Below, piece by piece: positions 18,293 through 28,500 of a stretch of 64,000 nucleotides of DNA. Position numbers and translations under genes: made by a program. Below the pieces are notes generated by a model, which was given only the letters and a program-made list of their open reading frames with translations, was not told the DNA's origin and did no database searches. Every line of letters begins with the position of its first letter. Within the stretch, counting starts at the first letter, position 1. Source of the DNA: an uncultured delta proteobacterium (GTDB taxonomy: Bacteria; Desulfobacterota; Binatia; DP-6); assembly GCA_963815115.1 (NCBI GenBank), contig CAWFFN010000005.1, forward strand, positions 448,001 through 512,000, given 5' to 3'.

Positions 18293-20461
18293 TCAGTCGC
18301 CGAGGCTGTACTGCGCGTTCCCGGGCAGGCTGAGCGAGCCCGGTCCCGGCAGGTCGGCCGTGTTGTCGAGGGCGACGTTGTTGGTCGGCGGGATGCAGAA
18401 GCTGCTCACCAGCACCGACGGATGAGGCAGATGATCGTTCAGGTCGCCGGACGGCGAGCCCGTCTGCTGGATCGCCTGGGCATCCGGGAATCTGAACGCG
18501 CCCGGCGTCTTCTGCGAGGTACAGAACACCCCGTCCGCCGCCGAGACGATGTTGTGTCCGGTGGTGAGCGGAGTCAGGTCCACCGGCAGCGTCGCCAGGA
18601 ACGTGCCGTCACTGGGCGGACAGTCGAGAGTCGTCATCGAGGTATTGTCCGTGGTGCACGCGCCGCCCGCGTTCTTGCCGAAGGAGCAGGTCCCGCCGAG
18701 GCACTGCGGGCACGCCGAGGAGGCGACGGTCGTGATGTAGACGCGCGACGCGAGATTGATGCTGACGCTGGAAGAGCCGGTGCCGAGGTCGAGGGTTCCG
18801 CTGCCGTCGGCAGCGAACGTGTTCACCACGCAGGTCTGCGGGAAGCCGTTGACCGGGACCGGGGGACCGAAGAAGCAGTTCGCATCGAAGGCGCAGCCCC
18901 CAGGCGCGTTGGCGCAATCGGCGTCAGTGCTGCACGCGACGGTCGTGTCGTTGACGCAGTGCTGGGTTGGTTCCGGACCGCGCGAGCAGTCGCGCTGCCC
19001 GGTGCCGAAGCTGGCGACCAGGTTCGTCCCGTCGGGGGAATCGAAGATCGTGGAGGCATTCTCCGGGATCAGCGACGGCGCAACGGCGGCGGCTCCGCCG
19101 CCGATGTAGAGGCAGCCGAGGCCCAGATCGGTGATCTTCGTCGTGCCGGCCGCGTCGGAGTCCAGCTCGCCCGAGAGCGGCGGGGCCGGCGACGGCGGGT
19201 CGTTCGTCGGGCTCAGCGAGCAGTCCGCCGTCCCCGGCGTGGTGGTGAAGGACAGATGCGGTCCGAGCGGCGGCGGGGCGGTGGTGGTGGTGGTGGTGCT
19301 GGTCGTCGTCGTGGTGGTCGTCGTCGGAACGGTCACGGCCCTCGACAGGCTGCTGCCGAAGCCGTCGACGAGTGCCTCGAGCGGAGCCAGCTGGTCGGCC
19401 GTTCCGCACTGCTTGAGCGAGGACGTGAAGCTGGTCGCCGCCTTGGTCACGCAGTCGGGGGCGGCGACAGTGCCGTTCTTCGCCCCATTCGAGAAGCACT
19501 TGGTCATGCTGCTCGCCTTCTTCCCCACGGCCGCCATCTTCTTGCCGAAGCAGATGTTGGGTCCCGGCGCACCGCCGGTCACCATCTGGACGCTGCTCGC
19601 GATCAGGTTGTCGACGGCGGCCTCGAGCTGGCTCACGTCCTGATTGTCACCGTGGCGGCCGCCGACCACGCAATCGCCCTTGTCCTGCGACTTGGCGACG
19701 CCGCTGTCGAAGGCGTTGACGGCCTTCTGGATGCAGTTCTGATCGACCTCGAGGCCCTTCTGGAGCGCCTTGGAGTAGCAGCTCGCGATGGCCTTGGCCT
19801 TCTTGCCGGCGGCGTCGATCTCGCCCTGCGCGCACTTGCTCGCGGCCGAGGGCACGCCGATGAAGGCGATGTTGTCGACGGTGAGAAGCTCGACACCCTG
19901 GAACAGCGACGTCCCGCACGTATGCGTCGTGGTGAGCTGCGCGGTCGACGCCCCCGGGGAAGAGAAGGAGAGGGTCAGCTGGGTCCCCTCGACCGGGACC
20001 GTCACCGTGCCGCTCCCCACCGGCGAGCTGTCGGCGGCGAAGCCCTGAACGGTCACCGCCATCGTCCCCTCGCAGTCGAATCCCAGGGTGGTGAAGTCGA
20101 GCTGCAGGGACTGGATCGGCGGATAGAAGGAGAGGAATTCCGGCGACTGCATGAGGCCGCCGTTCTGCATGTTGCCGATGCTGATGAAGTACATGACGTT
20201 GGGCAGGGAGACCGCCCCGTTGTCGTTGCTGCCGAAGAAGTTGGTCAGCGCGCCACCGTTCTGTCCGAATCCGGCGAACGTGATTCCGCGGTCGTTGTAT
20301 TCCGTGCTCAGCGGTCCGACGACGTCTGCGACGCTCGGCGCGCCCGGCATGTCGTCGAAATTGACCACGGTGGCGTTCGCCGGTGGTGGAGCGATCTGCG
20401 CCCTTGCATCGTGGACCAGCGCGGCCAGGATCAGGGCACTCACGACTCGCATCGTTCTCAT
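18293..20461 (-). CDS. Cys-rich secreted protein (paralogue B): N-terminal beta domain, two Lys/Cys helical repeats, poly-Thr linker, LPGPG C-terminal domain
   Basis: Signal peptide MRTMRVVSALILAALVHDARA; KCAQGEIDAAGKKAKAIASCYSKA matches the repeats of 14575-16167; C-terminus FCIPPTNNVALDNTADLPGPGSLSLPG. Confidence 0.85.
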   Translation of the reverse strand: MRTMRVVSALILAALVHDARAQIAPPPANATVVNFDDMPGAPSVADVVGPLSTEYNDRGITFAGFGQNGGALTNFFGSNDNGAVSLPNVMYFISIGNMQNGGLMQSPEFLSFYPPIQSLQLDFTTLGFDCEGTMAVTVQGFAADSSPVGSGTVTVPVEGTQLTLSFSSPGASTAQLTTTHTCGTSLFQGVELLTVDNIAFIGVPSAASKCAQGEIDAAGKKAKAIASCYSKALQKGLEVDQNCIQKAVNAFDSGVAKSQDKGDCVVGGRHGDNQDVSQLEAAVDNLIASSVQMVTGGAPGPNICFGKKMAAVGKKASSMTKCFSNGAKNGTVAAPDCVTKAATSFTSSLKQCGTADQLAPLEALVDGFGSSLSRAVTVPTTTTTTTTSTTTTTTAPPPLGPHLSFTTTPGTADCSLSPTNDPPSPAPPLSGELDSDAAGTTKITDLGLGCLYIGGGAAAVAPSLIPENASTIFDSPDGTNLVASFGTGQRDCSRGPEPTQHCVNDTTVACSTDADCANAPGGCAFDANCFFGPPVPVNGFPQTCVVNTFAADGSGTLDLGTGSSSVSINLASRVYITTVASSACPQCLGGTCSFGKNAGGACTTDNTSMTTLDCPPSDGTFLATLPVDLTPLTTGHNIVSAADGVFCTSQKTPGAFRFPDAQAIQQTGSPSGDLNDHLPHPSVLVSSFCIPPTNNVALDNTADLPGPGSLSLPGNAQYSLGD

Positions 20462-20518
20462 GAAACCCCCTCTTCGATCCGAATGGCACGGGTGTTTGTC
20501 CGTCCGCTGGCATGGCTG

Positions 20519-20576
20519 CGGACTGACATGTCAGTCCGGCCGTAGCCCCCGGTCGAGCGGGCTGTCAAGAGGTTTC
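20519..20576 (-). promoter_or_regulatory. Palindromic operator CGGACTGACATGTCAGTCCG plus GAAACCTCTTGACA -35-like box (copy 2)
   Basis: Perfect 20-bp palindrome at 20519-20538; TTGACA on the minus strand at 20568-20563. Confidence 0.72.
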
Positions 20577-20688
20577 CCGCTTGCGCGACTGCATTCAGGC
20601 TCGATCCGTTGGTGAATCCCGCATTTCTGTCAGACCGGCGTGTGGCGGGCGCTTGCCGGACTCGTGCATCGTGCGGCAGTAAGGAGTC

Positions 20689-21858
20689 ATGCCGCGGAAT
20701 GCCGCCGGCGCGATCAAGAGACTTTTCCTCGTTGCCTTGCTCGCCGGCGGGCACGTCGTCCTCGAACAGGAATCGTCTGCCGCGCCTCCGGGTCCGAGCT
20801 CGCTGCAGACGGTCTCGTACACCAGCACGTTGCTGTCCGAGTTCTCGGGCGTGCCGACCCGGATGGCGGCCAGGGTGTTCGTTCCGGCGTCGTGTCGCCG
20901 AGCGACGACCCCGTGCGCCGTCTTCTACCACCTTCCCGGCTACGGGGGATCGCTCGATACGGCGTGGTCGACGCTGGCGGACTTCGCGCGGCTGAGCGGG
21001 CGCTTCCGGCGGCTCGCCATGGCGCACGTGTTCATCGACCCGAGCGTCAACGGGGGCTACAGCTACTTCACCGACTCGCAGAACAACGGGCCGTGGAACA
21101 CCGCCCTCACGCAGGAGTTCATCCCGTACATCGAGGACCAGCTCGGCGTGGGCGGGTCGCCGCGCAGCCGGTTCCTGGAGGGGCACTCGTCGGGCGGATG
21201 GACGGTGACGTGGCTCCAGGTTTCGAACCCCGACTTCTTCCGGGCGGTCTGGGCCATCTCGCCCGACCCGCTGGACTTTCGACACTTCTACCAGATCGAC
21301 GTCACGCCGGGGTCCACCGACAACTTCTATGCGAAGCCCGACGGGGCGCTGCGCTTCTTGACGCGGAGGCGCGACATCACCATGCAGCGCCTCATGCAGC
21401 ACGTCGACGACGACCTCACACAGGGGGGCATCATCTCCTCGTACGAGTTCGCGTGGAGTCCCCGGGGCGCAGACGGCCTGCCGCTGCGGTTCTTCGACCG
21501 GGCCGACGGCAGCCTCGTGGAGCAGACGCTCGAGTCCTGGCAGTCCTACGACGTGCATACGGTGCTGAGCGCCGGCGGCGCACCGCTGCGCCAGGCGCTC
21601 GACGGAAAGCTGCACATCTTCTGCGGGACGGAGGACGACTTCCACTACAACGAGCCGACGGCGGCGATCTGCCGGTTCCTGCGGGAGAGCCACTACACCG
21701 CGGTCTGCAAGCTGATCCCGGGCCGGACCCACTCCACGGTCTTCGCGCCCACCGGGCTGTACCCGTCCGGCTTGATACGCCTCATCGTGGGCCAGGCATC
21801 GACGATCTGGCGCCGGGAAGGGCGCCGCGATCGACCCGCCGCCCGCCACCGGCGATGA
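20689..21858 (+). CDS. Exported putative esterase (alpha/beta hydrolase)
   Basis: PGYGG, DSQNNGPW, EFIPYIE and GHSSGG nucleophile motif; AAGGAG RBS. Confidence 0.85.
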   Translation: MPRNAAGAIKRLFLVALLAGGHVVLEQESSAAPPGPSSLQTVSYTSTLLSEFSGVPTRMAARVFVPASCRRATTPCAVFYHLPGYGGSLDTAWSTLADFARLSGRFRRLAMAHVFIDPSVNGGYSYFTDSQNNGPWNTALTQEFIPYIEDQLGVGGSPRSRFLEGHSSGGWTVTWLQVSNPDFFRAVWAISPDPLDFRHFYQIDVTPGSTDNFYAKPDGALRFLTRRRDITMQRLMQHVDDDLTQGGIISSYEFAWSPRGADGLPLRFFDRADGSLVEQTLESWQSYDVHTVLSAGGAPLRQALDGKLHIFCGTEDDFHYNEPTAAICRFLRESHYTAVCKLIPGRTHSTVFAPTGLYPSGLIRLIVGQASTIWRREGRRDRPAARHRR

Positions 21859-21872
21859 CGGAGGGTGCTTCC

Positions 21873-22844
21873 ATGCCGCACGCCATCGTGGTGCACGAGC
21901 GAGGTGGCCCCGAGGTGCTGCGGCTCGAGCCGCACGACCCCGGCGAGCCGGGGCAGGGACAGGTGCGCGTCCGGGTCGCCGCCGCGGGCGTCAACTTCGT
22001 CGACGTCTACTTCCGCACCGGTCTCTACCCGAGACCGTGCCCCTTCGTCGCGGGGCTGGAGGGCGCGGGCACCGTCGAGCGCGTCGGCCCCGGCGTGACC
22101 GGATTCGCGCCCGGTGACCGGGTCGCGTGGGCCTCGGTGCCGGGGTCCTACGCCCAGGTAGTGACCGCCGGCGTCGATCTCGTGCTGCACGTCCCCGCGG
22201 CGGTGAGCGACGAGGTCGCAGCCGGCTGCATGCTGCAGGGCATGACCGCGCACTACCTGGCGCACGGAACGCGGACCACGAAGCCGGGCGACACCGCGCT
22301 GGTGCATGCCGCCGCGGGCGGTGTGGGACTTCTCCTGGTCCAGATGCTCAAGACCGCGGGGGCGCGCGTGATCGCCACGTGTTCGACGGAGGAGAAGGCA
22401 GCGCTCGTCCAGGAGGCGGGTGCCGACGAGGTGGTTCGCTACACGAGCGAGGACTTCGTCGCGGCAGCTCACCGCTTCAACTCGGGCATCGGGGTCGACG
22501 TCGTGTATGACTCCGTCGGCCAGAGCACGTTCGACGGCAGCGTGCGGGCCCTGCGCCCGCGCGGCCTGCTGGTCTCCTACGGACAATCGAGTGGCCCGAT
22601 CCCGCCATTCGAGCTGCGCCGTCTGGGCGATGGCGGCTCCCTCTTCGTGACCCGCCCCTCGCTGACGCACTACACCGCGACGCGCGCGGAGCTCGAGATG
22701 CGCGCCGCCGCCGTCTTCTCCGCCATCGCCGCCCGTACGCTCCACGTCCGGATCGGTGCGCGATTCCCGCTCGGCGAAGCCGCCGCGGCGCACCGCGCGC
22801 TCGAGGGGCGAACGACCACCGGAAAGGTGCTGCTGATTCCCTGA
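21873..22844 (+). CDS. qor: NADPH:quinone oxidoreductase (zeta-crystallin/MDR)
   Basis: GGPEVL, GVNFVDVYFRTGLY, GMTAHYL, HAAAGGVG, YDSVG and TTGKVLL motifs; GGAGGG RBS (alternative start 21855). Confidence 0.92.
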   Translation: MPHAIVVHERGGPEVLRLEPHDPGEPGQGQVRVRVAAAGVNFVDVYFRTGLYPRPCPFVAGLEGAGTVERVGPGVTGFAPGDRVAWASVPGSYAQVVTAGVDLVLHVPAAVSDEVAAGCMLQGMTAHYLAHGTRTTKPGDTALVHAAAGGVGLLLVQMLKTAGARVIATCSTEEKAALVQEAGADEVVRYTSEDFVAAAHRFNSGIGVDVVYDSVGQSTFDGSVRALRPRGLLVSYGQSSGPIPPFELRRLGDGGSLFVTRPSLTHYTATRAELEMRAAAVFSAIAARTLHVRIGARFPLGEAAAAHRALEGRTTTGKVLLIP

Positions 22845-22908
22845 TCGCCGCGGTCGTCCCGTCGACCGCCTGCTGGCGACGGAGGGCCGGACGCGATACC
22901 GGTGGACG

Positions 22909-23631
22909 ATGCCGTCCTCCGGGTCGCCACGTCCGCTCTGGGCGCTGACCGTGTTCTTCGCTCTGGCCACCATCGTCTTCATCGTGTGGTTCATCAGGGT
23001 GGTGCCGGCGGGTGGCTGCCAGGGGCCGCCCCGACCCGGCGTGAGCGCGCTGCTGCAATTTCAGCTGGCTCGCACGCCCGAGGACATGGAGGCCGTGTTC
23101 GGACGCGAGGGAGATCCTTGTCGTGCCGGAATGGTCGCGGCGCTCGACCGCGCCAACACGATGGATCTTTACGGGTTCATCGCCACCTACGGTGCGTTCC
23201 TGCTCTGCTTCCTCCTCGCCATGCGGCGAGCGGGCGACGACACGGCAGCGCGACTCGGGCTGGTGGCACTCGCGGCGGGGCTCGGGTTCGACGTGCTGGA
23301 GACGGCCACCCAGCTCCGCCTGACCCATGAGCTTCCGGGCTCTCCGGGCGCCCTCCAGGCGCTCGCGATCGGTAGCACCGGCAAGTACGCCGCCCTCGCC
23401 CTCCTGGGTTTCTGCGCCGGTGCCGCCATGTTTGCCCGCGGCGGTGGGGCGGGCAGGCTCGCGGCCCTGGTGTGCATCGCGGGCAGCGCCGCCGTCATCC
23501 GCGGTCTCATCAGCCCGCCCGTCCGCGCGTTGCTGGGCACCGGCACGGGGATCACCTGGCTGGTCATGTTTCTCTACGCGGTGGCGGCCCTCCTCTGGCA
23601 GGGGCGCGAGCGTCGCGACGTGCTGGCGTAA
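22909..23631 (+). CDS. Hypothetical membrane protein
   Basis: About 6 hydrophobic segments; FQLART...DLYGFIATY...FDVLE pattern. Confidence 0.7.
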   Translation: MPSSGSPRPLWALTVFFALATIVFIVWFIRVVPAGGCQGPPRPGVSALLQFQLARTPEDMEAVFGREGDPCRAGMVAALDRANTMDLYGFIATYGAFLLCFLLAMRRAGDDTAARLGLVALAAGLGFDVLETATQLRLTHELPGSPGALQALAIGSTGKYAALALLGFCAGAAMFARGGGAGRLAALVCIAGSAAVIRGLISPPVRALLGTGTGITWLVMFLYAVAALLWQGRERRDVLA

Positions 23632-23806
23632 CGCGTAGCCGTGTGAGCGTCCGGTTCGCGCCGCAAACCGGCGCATGTTCACGGCCGTATGCAAAAGAGC
23701 GCGGTTCGCCGGGCGGTTTGCAACCTTGCCAGCCAGTACAATCCGGTGCTATGGCCCCAGCGTGCAAGGCGGCGCCTCTGCGGGCGACCCCGCCGGGCTC
23801 ATCTCC

Positions 23807-25555
23807 ATGACGTGTCGGTTCCTCGGCGGGCGAGGAGTGCTTCTCCTCGCCGCAAGCGTCTTTGCCGGATGCGGGGGGTGTCAGACCGGGCGCGGCGAGC
23901 ACGCACCGGCTCCGATCGACTTCCGCGTGACGCCGCCGCGCGCCGGGTCGGTCGAGATCCAGCGCCTTCCCGGCGCCGGCGACATGACACGCGTATCCGT
24001 GACCTTCGCCAGGGACCCGCGGCTGTCGGACCGCCTTCGGGTCGAGCTCGACGGCCAGGACGTGGTGCTCACGCGGCAAGCGGCGGATCCGTCCCGCTAT
24101 GACGGGACCATGAGGCTCGACGTGGGGCCCCTGGTTGCCCGGCAGAAGGAGCTCGACGACCTGCAGTCCCACCAGGAGAAGCCGCTCACCGTCCCGATCT
24201 TCAGGGACCGCGTGCTCGTCGAGCGGGTCCCGATCGGCAAGCTCGACGTGGCCGGCCTGCTGGCGGGGGCCGCCGTCAAGATCCCGCCCAACTGGGCGGC
24301 GCCAGCCCTGATCGATGCCGCCCGCTCGCTCGTGATCACCGATCCCAGCGTCATCGGTGACTGCACCCGCACCTACGATTCCTGTCGGAGCCTCGGGACG
24401 CCGCTCGGGAAGTGGACCTTCGGATATCTCATGCAGCAGCTCGCGGGCGCCGCCGACCCCGCCACCTTCACGCGAAGCTGGCTCGACCGGTGGGTCACCG
24501 ACCGGACCATCAACGGGTGGACGGTGAAGGCGCGCGGTCAGATGAGCCCCGACGTGATCGCAGCCTGGCCGAGGGTCGGGACCGGTGCGACCGCGCCGCT
24601 CGATCTGAGCAAGGCGCCTTTTCGCCTGGTGGCGATCGTGAACCGCGTCGATCTCGCCGAGAACCTCGCCTACGGCTCGGGGAGCGGTGGCGAAGCGCGC
24701 TTCGTCTTCCAGCTGGTTACTCCCGGACCCGCTCCGCACGTCTGCCGGCCGCTCGACTTCACCGTCATCTTCGAATACCGCATCGACAAATCGACCTGCA
24801 GCCAGCTGCACGACTGGGCCAAGCAGTGGCGAGACCTCGCCACGCTGGCCTTTCCTTCGGCCGCCTACAACTCCGCTCTGGAAGCGATCACGGAGCAGTT
24901 CGTCAAACCCGCGAGCATGCTGTCCCAGCTTCGCACCAACGAGATCGCCCTCGCAGGTCCTGGCGTGAACTCCTGGGACATGCGTGAGTTCCGGCTCGAC
25001 TCGGGCGCGCTGGAGGAGACGACGGTCCGCCGCACCCCCGACATCTCCCTCGACGAGACGGCGGTGCTCGCGACGTGGGTCAACGCCAACCCCGGGTCCG
25101 AGGACGCGCCGGTGGAGGTCCCGTTGCAGGAGCCCGCGGGATCGCCGTTCCAGGCCGGCAGCGCCCTCATGCCGACCGATCAGTTCTTCTGGCAGGGGCC
25201 GTCCGGGACACCGATTGCGCCGCCCGAGGTCCGCCGGGTCTTCTCGCTCAACACGTGTAACGGCTGCCACGCGGGCGAGACGACCACGCACTTCACCCAC
25301 ATGCACCTGGTCGTCCCATCGAGCTCGACGACGACGACCACCCTTCCCGGCTGTGTGAGCACCACGTCGTGGACCGTGGCGCTCTCGGGGTTCCTGACCG
25401 GGATCGACGTACCCCAGCCCCCCCTACCTTCGACGTCGACGTCTCCTACCCAGCACTACGAGGATCTGGAGCGGCGACGGGAGAAGCTCGCGGACTTCAC
25501 GACCGGCACCTGCATACCCTTCTTCTTCTTCCATCCTCTGAACATGGTCCACTGA
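23807..25555 (+). CDS. Lipoprotein of unknown function with a single CxxCH heme-c motif near the C-terminus
   Basis: Lipobox-like LAASVFAGC; APFRLVAIVNRVDL, QLRTNEIAL and FSLNTCNGCH motifs. Confidence 0.75.
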   Translation: MTCRFLGGRGVLLLAASVFAGCGGCQTGRGEHAPAPIDFRVTPPRAGSVEIQRLPGAGDMTRVSVTFARDPRLSDRLRVELDGQDVVLTRQAADPSRYDGTMRLDVGPLVARQKELDDLQSHQEKPLTVPIFRDRVLVERVPIGKLDVAGLLAGAAVKIPPNWAAPALIDAARSLVITDPSVIGDCTRTYDSCRSLGTPLGKWTFGYLMQQLAGAADPATFTRSWLDRWVTDRTINGWTVKARGQMSPDVIAAWPRVGTGATAPLDLSKAPFRLVAIVNRVDLAENLAYGSGSGGEARFVFQLVTPGPAPHVCRPLDFTVIFEYRIDKSTCSQLHDWAKQWRDLATLAFPSAAYNSALEAITEQFVKPASMLSQLRTNEIALAGPGVNSWDMREFRLDSGALEETTVRRTPDISLDETAVLATWVNANPGSEDAPVEVPLQEPAGSPFQAGSALMPTDQFFWQGPSGTPIAPPEVRRVFSLNTCNGCHAGETTTHFTHMHLVVPSSSTTTTTLPGCVSTTSWTVALSGFLTGIDVPQPPLPSTSTSPTQHYEDLERRREKLADFTTGTCIPFFFFHPLNMVH

Positions 25556-25586
25556 AGATGGCGGTCCGGCCGGCGGCGAGGTCGGC

Positions 25587-28500
25587 GTGAACCTCGAGGT
25601 CGAGGGCGCCGGAACCGGTGGTCATCCCGACGGACCGCGGACGGCGCCGCCGTTCGTGGGGCGGGCGGCCCAGCTCGCGTGGCTGATCCGGGGGCTCGAG
25701 GGCGCTCGCGGTGGCCGGCCGGGAGTGGCGCTCGTCGTGGGTGAGCCGGGAATCGGCAAGACGCGCCTGCTTCGCGAGCTGCAGGCGGCGTCGACGGAAC
25801 GCGGCGTCGACGTGTGCGCGGGACGCGGATACGAGGGCTTCACCCAGCCCTTCCTTCCCTTCGTGGAGGCGCTGTCGCGCCGCATCCGTGAGATGCCGGT
25901 CCCCCTGGCGCGCGTGCTGGGCGGCGACGCGGAGGTGCTCCGCGGGTTGATCGAGACCGGCGGCGAACGCCCCGCGTCGGCCCGGCCAGCCGGCGACGCC
26001 CAGGTTCGCCTGCTCCTCGCGATCTCGCGCGCGGTCCTCGAGCTCGCCCGGCGCGGGCCGATGCTGCTGATGCTCGACGACCTCCACTGGGTCGACGAGG
26101 CCTCGCTGGAGGTGTTCGCGCACCTCGTCCTCGCCATCGCCGACGCTGCGCGCCGTGAGCCGATGCCGCTCCTCGTCGTCGGAGCGACGCGGCCTGCCGA
26201 GCCGGACCAGGCCCTCGGTCGCGTCCTGGCGCGCTTCCGGCGCGAGGACGTCTGCCAGACTCTCGAGCTGGCGGGGCTCGGCGAGGCGGAGACGCACGAG
26301 CTCATCCGGGGCCTGGGTGTCGCCAAGCCGTCGCACCAGATGATCGCCACGGTCAACGAGGCGACGCGCGGCAATCCGCTCTTCATCCAGGAGGTGGTTC
26401 ACCAGCTCGTTCGGCGCAACGCGCTTCGCGAGCAGGGCGGCTTTCTCACTACCGGCACCGCACCGCTCGACGTGCCGCTGCCGCCCGATGTGACCGTGGC
26501 CATCGCCGCGCGCATCGGCGAGGTGGGAGAGGCGTGCCGGAGGACGCTCGCGGTCGCGGCGGTGCTCGGGGACCCCTTCGTGCTGCCAACGCTCGCCACG
26601 GTTGCCGGACGCGCCGCGGAGGAGATCGGCGAGCACCTCGAGGAGGGCGAGCGGCTGGGGCTGCTCATCGTGGACGGCGAGGCGTTCCGGTTCACGCATC
26701 CACTCGTCCGGGAGGTGCTCTACGCGGAGTCCACGCTCTCGGAACGCCAACGGCTTCACGCCCGGATCGCAGACGCATTGACCACGCCGTCCGACCGCGC
26801 CGACGAGCACGTGCTCGAGGTCGCCCACCACCTCATCGCCGCAGGACCGATGGCCGACCCGGAACGCGTGATCGAGGTGGCACGGCGCGCCGGCGATCGG
26901 GCGTTCGCCGGTGCGGCGTTCCGCGAGGCGGCACGGTTCTACCAGGCGGCGCTGGCGGCAGGAGTCGACGACTCGCGTCTCTCCACCGTCGAGCGCGCCC
27001 AGCTGCACTATCGCGCCGGGCTCGCCAGCTTCCGCGAGCAGGACGTGGGCCCATGCCTCGAGAACTACGAGCGCGCGATCGCCGGGTTCCGCGAGGCTGG
27101 CGACCTGCACGGACTGGCGCGTGCGCTCATGGGGCGCACGCGGGCCTCCTTCACGCTCGCCTCCGTCGGCTACGGCACGCTGATCGATCCGCAGCCTCTG
27201 GAAGAGGTCGCGGAGCGTGCCGCGGCCGAGGACCCGGTGCTGTGCGGGCTCATCCGGGCCGAGCTGTCGCAGGTGTTCTGGACGGCCTGCGAGCCGGAGA
27301 AGGCGCGCGAGATGGCGACGAGGGCGCTCGCGACCGCGCGCCAGGAACGCGACGACGAGCTGGCGGCCGAGTCTCATCGAGCCCTCGCCCTGGTGTCGAG
27401 CCAGACCATGGACGTGAGCGACGTGCTTGCCAACCTCGAGGCGGGCCTTGCCTGTGCGCGGCGTTCTTCCAACGACTGGCTCGAGAGCCAGCTGCTCCAG
27501 CGCCTCCCGCTGCCGCTCATGTGGCTCGGGCGGCTGGATGCCGCGGTGGCTGCGGCGCGCGATGCGGAGCACAGCACCCGGCGGCTCCATGACTGGGGCG
27601 ATCACTCGCTCGCTCAGGGCGCGCTCGTCTGCGTGGCGGTCGCTCGAGGAGACTTCGAAGCCGCCGAGCGCCACGCCCAGCAGGTCATGATGATGCGGCA
27701 GCGTTCGGGCTATCCGTGGGCCGGCCCGACGGCGCTTCCCGCGCTGGCGTATGCCCGGGCCCTGCGCGGAGCGTGGTCGGAAGCGGACGACGTGCTCGCC
27801 TATCTGATCGAGCCGGGGCAGGTGTTCGAGGACCCCGGCGGAGCCGTGCAGGTCTCCACCTTCCTGATGCGGCATCTCGTCGAGGGCTGGTCCAGCACGT
27901 CGGGCGACGTGCGCGCAGGGCTCCGCGAGCGGCTCACCCGCGAGGTGACGGACGGCATCACGCGGGGCAGCGGGCGAGACGTCTACGCGCTCGGCACCCT
28001 GTGCACGGTGGTGGAGCTTGCGGAGACGCTGAGCGCGCCCGCGCTCGCGGAAGCACCATCCGAGATCCTCGCGCTCGCCGTCGAGCGTGGCGTCGTCTTC
28101 TCGAGTGGCTGGGTGTGCCTGCTCGCCCGCGTCCTGGGCGTGGCCGCCACGCTGCTGAAGCAGTGGGATCGTGCGACGGCGTGGTTCGAGCGCGCCATCG
28201 CCGAGGCCACCACCCTTGATGCAGGTCCGGAGCTGGGGCGTGCATGCCTGGGCCACGCGACCATGCTGGTGGCGCGCGGCAACCGGCTCGACCGCGAGCT
28301 CGCCGCGGACCTCGTGAAGCGGGCATTGCCCCTGTTTCACACCCTCGGGATGGAGCCGGCGATCCAGGCTGCGCGAAGGCTGGCCAGGACGCTGGAGGCC
28401 CCCCTCGTGCGCATGCCTCGCCAGCGGCCTGGGGGGTCCAGGGGACTCGGCCGGAGAGAGCTGGCGCTGCTGAGCCATCTGGTCCGTGGTCGTGACGATC

